From Escherichia phage McMelon, in sequence record OR896838.1: DNA of 44,740 nt. One strand, 5' to 3'. The notes under the pieces are model-generated. The model saw only the letters and a program-made list of their open reading frames with translations. It made no database searches and was not told the origin of the DNA. The position numbers were made by a program, and so were the translations under genes. Positions 35,880 through 42,721 of this stretch are shown piece after piece. The stretch's first letter is position 1. Every line of letters starts with the position of its first letter.

Positions 35880-36075
35880 GGTATATCTCCGATTGGTTAA
35901 GTTTAGGTGTCGGCAGTTAACTTCGTCGGTGGCCTTAACATATTGCCAGGTTACGCGTTCTCCCGTTCGGGTAGTGGACCTGGTTATATACTCACGGTTG
36001 GGAATCCTGACACTTCGATCCGGCCCCTGCGTTGCCCCTCTCCAGTTTGCGTCCTGCATCCTGTCGACGGAGTGA

Positions 36076-36105
36076 ATGATAGATTGGTTGCAGGATGGGT
36101 GTCAA
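36076..36105 (-). promoter_or_regulatory. strong sigma70-like leftward promoter (TTGACA-18-TATCAT)
   Basis: Minus-strand perfect -35 TTGACA, 18-nt spacer containing CTGCAACCAATC, -10 TATCAT; heads the leftward operon. Confidence 0.55.
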
Positions 36106-36114
36106 CAACTAATT

Positions 36115-36150
36115 TCAAAAAAAAAGCGCCGAGGCAAAATGCGACGGCGC
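36115..36150 (-). terminator. terminator-like hairpin between divergent promoters
   Basis: Minus strand AGCGCCG-tcgcattttgcct-CGGCGCT followed by T9. Confidence 0.45.
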
Positions 36151-36221
36151 TAACCAATAAGAGACAATGAGACGAGAATTATTATTACACGCGTGCGCGC
36201 CCGTTTCAATATCCAAAGGAT

Positions 36222-36250
36222 TTGACACCGTGCAGTTTTGGGTGTAGTTT
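36222..36250 (+). promoter_or_regulatory. sigma70-like rightward promoter (TTGACA-17-TAGTTT)
   Basis: Perfect -35 TTGACA at 36222..36227, 17-nt spacer, TAGTTT; 32 nt upstream of the HTH gene. Confidence 0.5.
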
Positions 36251-36281
36251 TGTTGGTCATTAACCAACTGAGGGCAGAGCA

Positions 36282-36611
36282 ATGAATGTAAACGACGCAA
36301 TCGAAATGTTAACGAAGACTGTTTGCAGTGAGACAAGCCGGTCGTGGGCATACACCGATGCCGTGGGGGCTGTGTTATTTGAAATCGAACGACTGCGGCT
36401 TACCGAAAAAGAATTGCGCGCCAGGCTGGAACTACTCAACGGTACAGCAGCAAGCAAGCTGCAAAAACACAATGAAGAAATGGAAGAATACAAAAAGCAG
36501 GTTATCCGTTTGCGCGCCGAGGGTAAATCATGGGCGATGATTGCCGAGTTGACCGGGATTAATCAGAGCACAGTGCGCTCCTGGGTACGCAATAATAAAA
36601 CTTCTAAGTAA
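36282..36611 (+). CDS. HTH DNA-binding protein (putative transcriptional regulator)
   Basis: 109 aa; helical N-terminus; C-terminal helix-turn-helix SWAMIAELTGINQSTVRSWV; first gene of rightward operon. Confidence 0.6.
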   Translation: MNVNDAIEMLTKTVCSETSRSWAYTDAVGAVLFEIERLRLTEKELRARLELLNGTAASKLQKHNEEMEEYKKQVIRLRAEGKSWAMIAELTGINQSTVRSWVRNNKTSK

Positions 36612-36621
36612 GGCCACGGCA

Positions 36622-38886
36622 ATGAGCTTGATTAAATTCGCTGTAACAAAACCCGCTAAAAAAGGCGAAAAAGCCAGGGCGGAAAACTTCCAGATGACGA
36701 CCGATGAGTTTTTCGAATTTATCAAAGATGCGAAAGAAATCTCCTCGGTGCATATCAACAAGACGGAAGATAGAGCCGAGTATGCGCGCCGCAAGCGTAA
36801 GGCCGATGGCATCGTGGCGTATACCAGTGACGGATTGCGTCGTAAGACCAGTGCGGTGGACCGCTCGATCCTGTTCTTTGATATTGACCGCACCGACACC
36901 CGCACCCTGCGCCGCTGCCGTAAGGCGTTCATCGACGCGGGACTGGAACATGTATTTCACACCACAACCGGCGACCGCCACCCGCTGAAAGGTGGCACGC
37001 GTTGCGCTCGTTTCCTGGTGCTCACCGACAAGCCTGTACCGGCGGAAGACCTGGGCCGCGTACAGTATGCACTGTTACACCAACTGGGCCTGTCAGATGT
37101 GGACTTCGATGATTGTACGAAAGACACAAACCGCCTTATGTACCTGCCACACCAGCAGTCCGTTGTTAAGTGTCACTACGGCAAACGTGCCCGCGTCCGT
37201 CGTCTGCTTCGCCTGGCGGATAAGCTGGGAGTGGAAAAAGAGGAAGTACGACGCGAACTGACCCAGGGCGATGACGGCGTTGCGGACGGTATTCTGGATT
37301 GGTGCTTCCAGGCAGGATTCGAACCGCTGTCGTCCGGTCGTGGCTATGAAGTGCCATGCCCGAACGAACATCTGCACAGTGGTGAAGGGTCCACCGCTAT
37401 CATGGTTAAGGATGGCGAGATCCGTTTCAAGTGTATGCACACCGGCAACGAGTGCTGTTCCGAACTGAACAGACACCAGCACCTGGCGCTACGTCTTATC
37501 GGGATCCCGGACCACTTGAACGTCGAACCGCACAACATGTCACGTAAGCAAATCGCCGCCATCCTTCCGGGACTGGACGATGAGGAAGTGGAATCGTGCT
37601 ATGAACATATCGTTGATGCGGTCGGAGACGGCGACGAGTACGGCGGATGTACAGATGCAGACCTGGACAACGAGCCGGTTGCGCTGTTCAGTAAGCACGA
37701 CCCGATCATCGAGGGGCTGATTAACTTCAAATCGACCTGGTATCTTGCTGGCGGGTCGAACATCGGTAAATCGTTCTACGTGCTGGGCCAGATGGCGTCA
37801 GTATCTGCCGGTATTCCGTTCGGCGGCGCGAAGGTCGTCCAGTGCCACAACTTCTATTTCGACGCGGAAGGTGGTGAAGCCTCCAACCAGCGTAAGGAAG
37901 CATTGCAGATCAAATATGAGCACGACCTGGACAAGCTGCACATTATCGATCTGCAGTCACGCGGCTGGGATATCACCAGCAAATCCGGCTTGCGTGAAGT
38001 TATCAGCTTTATCAACCGCACCGCTAACGGCGAGCCGGTTGGCCTGGTGGCGTTCGACTCACTCAACCAGACTGTCGCGTTGCGGTCAGCCGATGCTAAA
38101 CCGTTCGACGAGAACAACGCCAGCGATATGGGCGAAGTGGTCAAAGCGCTGAAGGCTATTGCGGAAAACACAGGCGGCAGTGCGGGAGTCATCCACCACC
38201 CGGCGAAAGGTGCAAACGGCAGCAGATCTCCCCGCGGGTCCGGCGCGCTGCATGGTGCTGTCGATTCCGCGTTCTTCCTGGAGCAACCGGACGACAATCA
38301 GCCGGGCCAATTGAACCTGTACCATGAGAAGGCACGTAACGGCATCAAGCAAGCGCCGCGCGGCTTCGTTCTGCTTAAGTGCAAGGTTAAGGTGGATCTC
38401 CGCAAGTCAGAGGCGTTCGAATCGCACCAGTCCACCAGCACCGGGCCTGATTTCGGTGATGTGGTTGCAGGATGGGACGTCAAGCCGATCGCATCAACGC
38501 CACGCGACGAGACTCTTTACCTCGTACCTGTCGCCCTGGCACCGTTCGCTATTGAGCAGGCGAAGGCCGCGGGTAAGGCAGCAGTTAAGGAAGAGAACCC
38601 CGCAGGACCTCGCAACGAAAAAGAGAAAGTGCTTTATGCGGCGCTGGAAAAACTGATGGAAGATAACCCGGACCATACCGGATTCAGTAAATCGGCAATC
38701 GTCCGCCAGGCTGGACTTGCGAAAGGTGGCACATCGACGAAGGCAATAGACGATATGGTCGAGCGCGGCGTGCTCGGTTTCTATACAGATCCGCACACCG
38801 GGGCCATCTATGGGTCATCGAATATCGTCATCAAAACGAATATACCCATCACGCTTTCGGCGACCGACGATGATTTAAAAGATTAA
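36622..38886 (+). CDS. DNA primase-polymerase (AEP-type) fused to P-loop ATPase/helicase domain
   Basis: 754 aa; N-terminal acidic motif ILFFDIDR (DxD) typical of prim-pol; central Walker A GGSNIGKS. Confidence 0.8.
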   Translation: MSLIKFAVTKPAKKGEKARAENFQMTTDEFFEFIKDAKEISSVHINKTEDRAEYARRKRKADGIVAYTSDGLRRKTSAVDRSILFFDIDRTDTRTLRRCRKAFIDAGLEHVFHTTTGDRHPLKGGTRCARFLVLTDKPVPAEDLGRVQYALLHQLGLSDVDFDDCTKDTNRLMYLPHQQSVVKCHYGKRARVRRLLRLADKLGVEKEEVRRELTQGDDGVADGILDWCFQAGFEPLSSGRGYEVPCPNEHLHSGEGSTAIMVKDGEIRFKCMHTGNECCSELNRHQHLALRLIGIPDHLNVEPHNMSRKQIAAILPGLDDEEVESCYEHIVDAVGDGDEYGGCTDADLDNEPVALFSKHDPIIEGLINFKSTWYLAGGSNIGKSFYVLGQMASVSAGIPFGGAKVVQCHNFYFDAEGGEASNQRKEALQIKYEHDLDKLHIIDLQSRGWDITSKSGLREVISFINRTANGEPVGLVAFDSLNQTVALRSADAKPFDENNASDMGEVVKALKAIAENTGGSAGVIHHPAKGANGSRSPRGSGALHGAVDSAFFLEQPDDNQPGQLNLYHEKARNGIKQAPRGFVLLKCKVKVDLRKSEAFESHQSTSTGPDFGDVVAGWDVKPIASTPRDETLYLVPVALAPFAIEQAKAAGKAAVKEENPAGPRNEKEKVLYAALEKLMEDNPDHTGFSKSAIVRQAGLAKGGTSTKAIDDMVERGVLGFYTDPHTGAIYGSSNIVIKTNIPITLSATDDDLKD

Positions 38887-38961
38887 ATTCTGCGCGCATT
38901 GGTTGCCGATATGGGAATTCCCATATCGTTAGAAGATTAAATTTTGCGCGCATTGGTTGCC
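38876..38961. repeat. direct repeat - 22-bp perfect palindrome - direct repeat structure (candidate origin/operator)
   Basis: 31-bp direct repeats A(A/G)AAGATTAAATT(C/T)TGCGCGCATTGGTTGCC at 38876..38907 and 38930..38961 flanking CGATATGGGAATTCCCATATCG (38907..38928); third ATTGGTTGCC at 38986..38996. Confidence 0.6.
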
Positions 38962-39029
38962 ATTTTGAGTGTTTTTATCTGGTCGTATTGGTTGCCGTGT
39001 AGTGTAAATATAGTGAATAGTTATGCAGT

Positions 39030-39210
39030 TTTATTGCATAAAGCAAGCGGGACAAAAAGCGGGACAAACAAGGGGCGGGACAAAGCGGGACAGCACCCCT
39101 GTCCCGCCCCGGATGACGCGGCTTCCAGAGGAGCGGGACAGGCGGGACAACTCCCAGTCTTTCAGACTAGACGGGGGTCAATGGCCCCCCTCGTCTGAGA
39201 CTGAATAAAA
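39030..39210. repeat. GCGGGACA iteron / palindrome array ending in GC-rich hairpin (copy B)
   Basis: Near-identical to 10970..11140: same order of GCGGGACA units, GGCGGGAC...GTCCCGCC inverted repeat and terminal hairpin (loop differs by one base). Confidence 0.7.
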
Positions 39211-39363
39211 TCCGGGTATTGCAAAATACACGGCAGCATGATGCGAATTGCGGTCGTCGATGAACTAGGCAACCAATGCGGGTTGTATTATGCTGAGTGA
39301 AAAATGCGGTTTGCAGTCACAGCAGATAGCGATCAGCTTTTTCATGCGCGTGATTAATATTGG

Positions 39364-39392
39364 TTGCACCCACCCTGGCACCCTGCTATATT
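39364..39392 (+). promoter_or_regulatory. sigma70-like promoter (TTGCAC-17-TATATT) for rightward early ORFs
   Basis: TTGCAC, 17-nt spacer, TATATT, then GGTTGCACACCAACA and RBS GAGGAC; -10 plus downstream 21-mer identical to the 5247..5275 promoter. Confidence 0.5.
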
Positions 39393-39420
39393 GGTTGCAC
39401 ACCAACATGAGGACCGAACA

Positions 39421-39732
39421 ATGCGAGCATTAATCTGGAATTACACAATGGCGGTGGCGAAGCTGAACGAAGCGAAGGCACTAAACGGCAACGTAGACGA
39501 CGCGCGCCAGTTAGCCGCGCTGGCACACCAAGCTATAATGTGCGCCTTCGACGAAATGGACGCCTGTCTGGAAGGGCCAGAGTCCGGGCCGCTGCGCAAG
39601 GCAGTCCACGAATATGCGCTTGCGTTCTCCGATGAGCGCCTGGCGTATCGCTTCGGGATCGGCGAGACGGCAGTGACAAACGTCGCCCGGATTAAAGCCC
39701 AGCGCGAACTATTTGCCCAGCTTGCGAAATAA
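39421..39732 (+). CDS. hypothetical early protein
   Basis: 104 aa from ATG with GAGGA RBS; no domain recognised. Confidence 0.5.
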   Translation: MRALIWNYTMAVAKLNEAKALNGNVDDARQLAALAHQAIMCAFDEMDACLEGPESGPLRKAVHEYALAFSDERLAYRFGIGETAVTNVARIKAQRELFAQLAK

Positions 39733-39741
39733 GGGGTCAAA

Positions 39742-40011
39742 ATGGGCCGTAGACGAGCTAAACAGCTTTCGTGGCATATTCCCCTACATTGCATACGAAT
39801 ATGGGCTGAGAATGCGAATGAGGGGGATTCTGTATTCTGGTGCTATCGCGATGATGTGAAGCCGTTAACGCAGACTCGCTACTTGCACCAGTTCGCAGCA
39901 CAACACGATTTCAGGGTGCGGACTTCCTTGCAACCAATGGGAATACGTATTACATTACGCCGGAAGCCCGCCATTGAGCGGGTAGGCAAACACTGGAGAC
40001 TGAGCAAATGA
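39742..40011 (+). CDS. hypothetical protein
   Basis: 89 aa, basic, RBS AGGGG. Confidence 0.45.
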   Translation: MGRRRAKQLSWHIPLHCIRIWAENANEGDSVFWCYRDDVKPLTQTRYLHQFAAQHDFRVRTSLQPMGIRITLRRKPAIERVGKHWRLSK

Positions 40012-40181
40012 ACAAACAAACCGAGTTATTCGAGAAGTGGCAAAGCAAGACCACGCGAATAATTTATTTTTTGACCCAGGAAACAAACGGCAACGTCACG
40101 ATATTACACCCTAAGAGTGGTCTGAGTCGCACTATTTCGCGTAGCACACTGATTTGTAACTACAGGAAACTGGAAAAATGA
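40008..40181 (+). CDS. small hypothetical protein
   Basis: 57 aa ORF below track threshold; ATG overlaps upstream stop and its stop overlaps the downstream ATG. Confidence 0.35.
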   Translation: MNKQTELFEKWQSKTTRIIYFLTQETNGNVTILHPKSGLSRTISRSTLICNYRKLEK

Positions 40182-40717
40182 AACTGATATTCCGCAATAA
40201 GCATAACGGGCGATTCCTTACCCCGATCGAAGTGCTGCCGAACTATGTGCGCATGTACCATGAGCCGAGCGACCGCGTATTCTGGTACAAGAAATACGGC
40301 CTACATGAACATTTGCAGGTTGTGCATCACGACGTGCGGGTCGGGGATGTGCTGCGTGATGCGCGTGACGGGTCGCTGTTAGCGGTGCTCCGCGTTAGCA
40401 CGGACGGCGTTATGCTGCGCAGTGGTAAAACACAACGCGGCGTTCTGCTCACGGGCCTGGTGAATTACGCCCGCGTAGGCCGTAACTATAAACTTAAGCG
40501 CCCTGGTGTAGTGGCGAAAGAGATCACCCGTACGGAACACCCATATACCAAATACAACGAGCGCAAGGTGCGCGAGCATATCGACAACGCCAGGGCGCAA
40601 GCTGCCGCTATGATTCAGGCCGGTGATGACGCAAAGCGCTTTGGCATTGGCGTGCTTCTGGTATACCCTGACGGCAGCATGAAGTCTACCGATCCGCGCG
40701 GGGTCGTTCTGAGATGA
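40178..40717 (+). CDS. hypothetical protein
   Basis: 179 aa; no recognisable motif. Confidence 0.5.
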   Translation: MKLIFRNKHNGRFLTPIEVLPNYVRMYHEPSDRVFWYKKYGLHEHLQVVHHDVRVGDVLRDARDGSLLAVLRVSTDGVMLRSGKTQRGVLLTGLVNYARVGRNYKLKRPGVVAKEITRTEHPYTKYNERKVREHIDNARAQAAAMIQAGDDAKRFGIGVLLVYPDGSMKSTDPRGVVLR

Positions 40718-40860
40718 GTGCGACGATCCGTGATATGCTGATGCACAACCGCTTTGAGATAGGCGGTCGGGTGTTTCGCAATTACTTCGTGGCGCGAGCA
40801 TGGGCGCGCCATATTGGCAAACCGGAAGGGGCAATTCGATGCTATACGTCTTCGCGGTAG
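40714..40860 (+). CDS. small hypothetical protein
   Basis: 48 aa ORF, ATG overlapping upstream stop (ATGA); weak. Confidence 0.25.
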   Translation: MSATIRDMLMHNRFEIGGRVFRNYFVARAWARHIGKPEGAIRCYTSSR

Positions 40861-40894
40861 TATGTGGCGGTAGTATGTGGCGGTAGTCTGGCGG
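40854..40894. repeat. tandem direct repeat (13-bp unit GCGGTAGTATGTG, about 3 copies)
   Basis: GCGGTAGTATGTG GCGGTAGTATGTG GCGGTAGTCTG GCGG read directly from sequence. Confidence 0.6.
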
Positions 40895-40949
40895 CCCTGG
40901 TGTTGTTGGCGGCTGTTATTAGTCTGGTTAAATACCTATGGAGCAGATT

Positions 40950-41237
40950 ATGATTCATGATGTGATTTATTGGTTTGGTATGGCCAGCATGTTATGCCTG
41001 GTTACGGGAGTGCTGGGCGCAATATGGGTATTCCTGGTATGGCCCGCCGTGGAAGCTGCCAGCATTACCCGGATGACGTTCCAGATATACAAGCGCCGCG
41101 GGATCACGGAGCACCCGACCAGGTTGCGCATGTGGTGGCTGTGGTATCGCGATATGATAGGGGGCAGGATGTTCGAGGCCGTCCGATCGGAAGGGTGGGA
41201 GTGGAAAGGCGTCGGCAAGTGGTCCATTTTCGATTAA
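40950..41237 (+). CDS. small membrane protein
   Basis: 95 aa from second ATG (GGAG 5 nt upstream); one strong TM helix; Trp/Arg-rich C-terminus. Confidence 0.4.
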   Translation: MIHDVIYWFGMASMLCLVTGVLGAIWVFLVWPAVEAASITRMTFQIYKRRGITEHPTRLRMWWLWYRDMIGGRMFEAVRSEGWEWKGVGKWSIFD

Positions 41238-41254
41238 TTATGCAAGCGTGATAT

Positions 41255-41289
41255 AGTCCCAGTGAGCTAAAACTTACTGGGACTTTTTT
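41255..41289 (+). terminator. rho-independent terminator
   Basis: AGTCCCAGT-loop-ACTGGGACT hairpin followed by TTTTTT. Confidence 0.6.
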
Positions 41290-41580
41290 ATGGATAAGCT
41301 AAACGAGTGGTTATTCGCCCTCGCATGTCTGGCTGGCGGCTTCGTAGGCGCACGCATTCATGGCGAGGCTACGAAGGGGTCGCTAAACTTCGTTTTGTAT
41401 GTTGTAGTTGGCTTCCTGTGTGCCATATTTGGCGCACCGGCTATTGCCGAGTGGGCTGGTTTGTCGGGGGAGCGCACTGTCGCCGGTTTGGGCTTCGTAA
41501 CCGCAATCTTCTGGATGCCAATCGCCGACCGGATCAGGGAGACTATTGCGTCGTTCCGACTTCCGGGGGGTGCAAAATGA
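41290..41580 (+). CDS. holin-like membrane protein (3 predicted TM helices)
   Basis: 96 aa; three hydrophobic segments, charged C-terminus; precedes second membrane protein and lysozyme; ATG abuts terminator T-run with no SD. Confidence 0.4.
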   Translation: MDKLNEWLFALACLAGGFVGARIHGEATKGSLNFVLYVVVGFLCAIFGAPAIAEWAGLSGERTVAGLGFVTAIFWMPIADRIRETIASFRLPGGAK

Positions 41581-41822
41581 TTATCTCCGTCCTGTTGTTT
41601 GTTATCATCGGGGCTTCGTCCCTGTTTAACGTGTATGCGCCGTCCGTCCGGGATGGCATTTTCGGTCGGGTGCTGTATCTGTTAACGGCAATGGTCTGTA
41701 TTATCGGATTGTTGCAAACAGGAGACGTATCAGATGCCACCTGGACCGCGTTAATCTGGCTGTTTGCATTGCGCACCCTGCGTAATGCTGTTTTGAATGG
41801 GGTAAAACATGCGATTCAGTGA
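41577..41822 (+). CDS. holin/antiholin-like membrane protein
   Basis: 81 aa, 2-3 hydrophobic helices; ATG overlaps upstream stop; overlaps lysozyme start. Confidence 0.45.
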   Translation: MIISVLLFVIIGASSLFNVYAPSVRDGIFGRVLYLLTAMVCIIGLLQTGDVSDATWTALIWLFALRTLRNAVLNGVKHAIQ

Positions 41823-42300
41823 CAACGGTCTAAGATTCACGGCAGCATGGGAGGCTTTCAGCCCGGTGCCGTATTTCGCGACCAAGAAAGAGCAGGCCCG
41901 CGGCCTGTACACCTGGGGTTATGGTCATACCGGCACTAATCCGCCTCGAAGCATTACCCGCGAGGAAGCGCTGGCACTGCTCAAGCGCGATGTGGCGTAT
42001 GCTGAGGACTGGGTGAACAAATACGCACATCCGAGCATTAACCAGGCGCAATTCGACGCGCTGGTGGACCTGGTAATCAACGCCGGTCCGGGTCCGATCG
42101 TACCGGATGACGTCGCGAATGATTTCGATGATGCGGTCCGCCTGGGCGACTGGGCGAAGGTACGTGCTACTCTGCCGCAGTTCCGCAAGCAAGGTGGCGA
42201 AGTGCTTAAGGGTCTGGTGCGCCGTGCAATCGGCAGACAGGCGTTGTTTGATGGTAAGCAGTGGGACGTTGCCGAACGAATCGGTCGTAACGCTGCATAA
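41809..42300 (+). CDS. endolysin (phage lysozyme, GH24-like)
   Basis: 163 aa; N-terminal catalytic-region pattern typical of phage lysozymes (WEAF...GLYTWGYGHT), conserved ALVDLVINAG. Confidence 0.8.
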   Translation: MRFSDNGLRFTAAWEAFSPVPYFATKKEQARGLYTWGYGHTGTNPPRSITREEALALLKRDVAYAEDWVNKYAHPSINQAQFDALVDLVINAGPGPIVPDDVANDFDDAVRLGDWAKVRATLPQFRKQGGEVLKGLVRRAIGRQALFDGKQWDVAERIGRNAA

Positions 42301-42316
42301 TACGAGGTGACACGAT

Positions 42317-42484
42317 ATGTTAAAAAGTATTCTTGATCATAATGCGGACGCGCTTGCCGCACTGGCTAAAACCGAAGACCCAGGCGCACGCGCTATCATC
42401 GCGGACTCTATCAACCACGCCGGGGTCTTCGATGCGAAGCTGCCAAGCCCACCACCGCAGGAGGAATCTGACCCCGCAGCGTAA
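42317..42484 (+). CDS. small hypothetical protein
   Basis: 55 aa ORF below track threshold with RBS GAGGTG; acidic, Pro-rich C-terminus. Confidence 0.35.
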   Translation: MLKSILDHNADALAALAKTEDPGARAIIADSINHAGVFDAKLPSPPPQEESDPAA

Positions 42485-42489
42485 ACAAT

Positions 42490-42517
42490 TAAGCCCGGAA
42501 TTAACCGGGCTTTTTAT
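42490..42517 (+). terminator. rho-independent terminator
   Basis: AAGCCCGG-aattaa-CCGGGCTT hairpin followed by TTTTATT. Confidence 0.7.
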
Positions 42518-42520
42518 TGC

Positions 42521-42550
42521 TTGACTCGCAACCAACATAGGGGCCATACT
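42521..42550 (+). promoter_or_regulatory. candidate promoter (TTGACT-18-CATACT)
   Basis: Directly after terminator; followed by GCAACCAATCAAC motif and strong RBS. Confidence 0.35.
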
Positions 42551-42579
42551 GCAACCAATCAACGAGAGGAGTAATCAAG

Positions 42580-42660
42580 ATGGCACGTAAAGATATTTGG
42601 GTATTAGCGATCTGGACCACCGCGGCTTTTATCGGCATGGTTATTTGCGAATTGATATAG
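42580..42660 (+). CDS. very small hydrophobic peptide (26 aa)
   Basis: Strong SD AGAGGAG 8 nt before ATG; MARKDIWVLAIWTTAAFIGMVICELI looks like a single TM helix. Confidence 0.25.
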   Translation: MARKDIWVLAIWTTAAFIGMVICELI

Positions 42661-42721
42661 CCCGCCGCCATATGGACCGTGGTATATTGTCCTCGGACCA
42701 ATAACCAGGAAGTTAATTAAC

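Noticed and set aside
35880-36059. N-terminal extension of the charged-repeat protein (track start at 36059)
   Set aside because: Arg/Thr-rich, no SD, and only about 10 nt from the predicted promoter start site; the internal start at 35879 has a good RBS. A leaderless longer product cannot be excluded.
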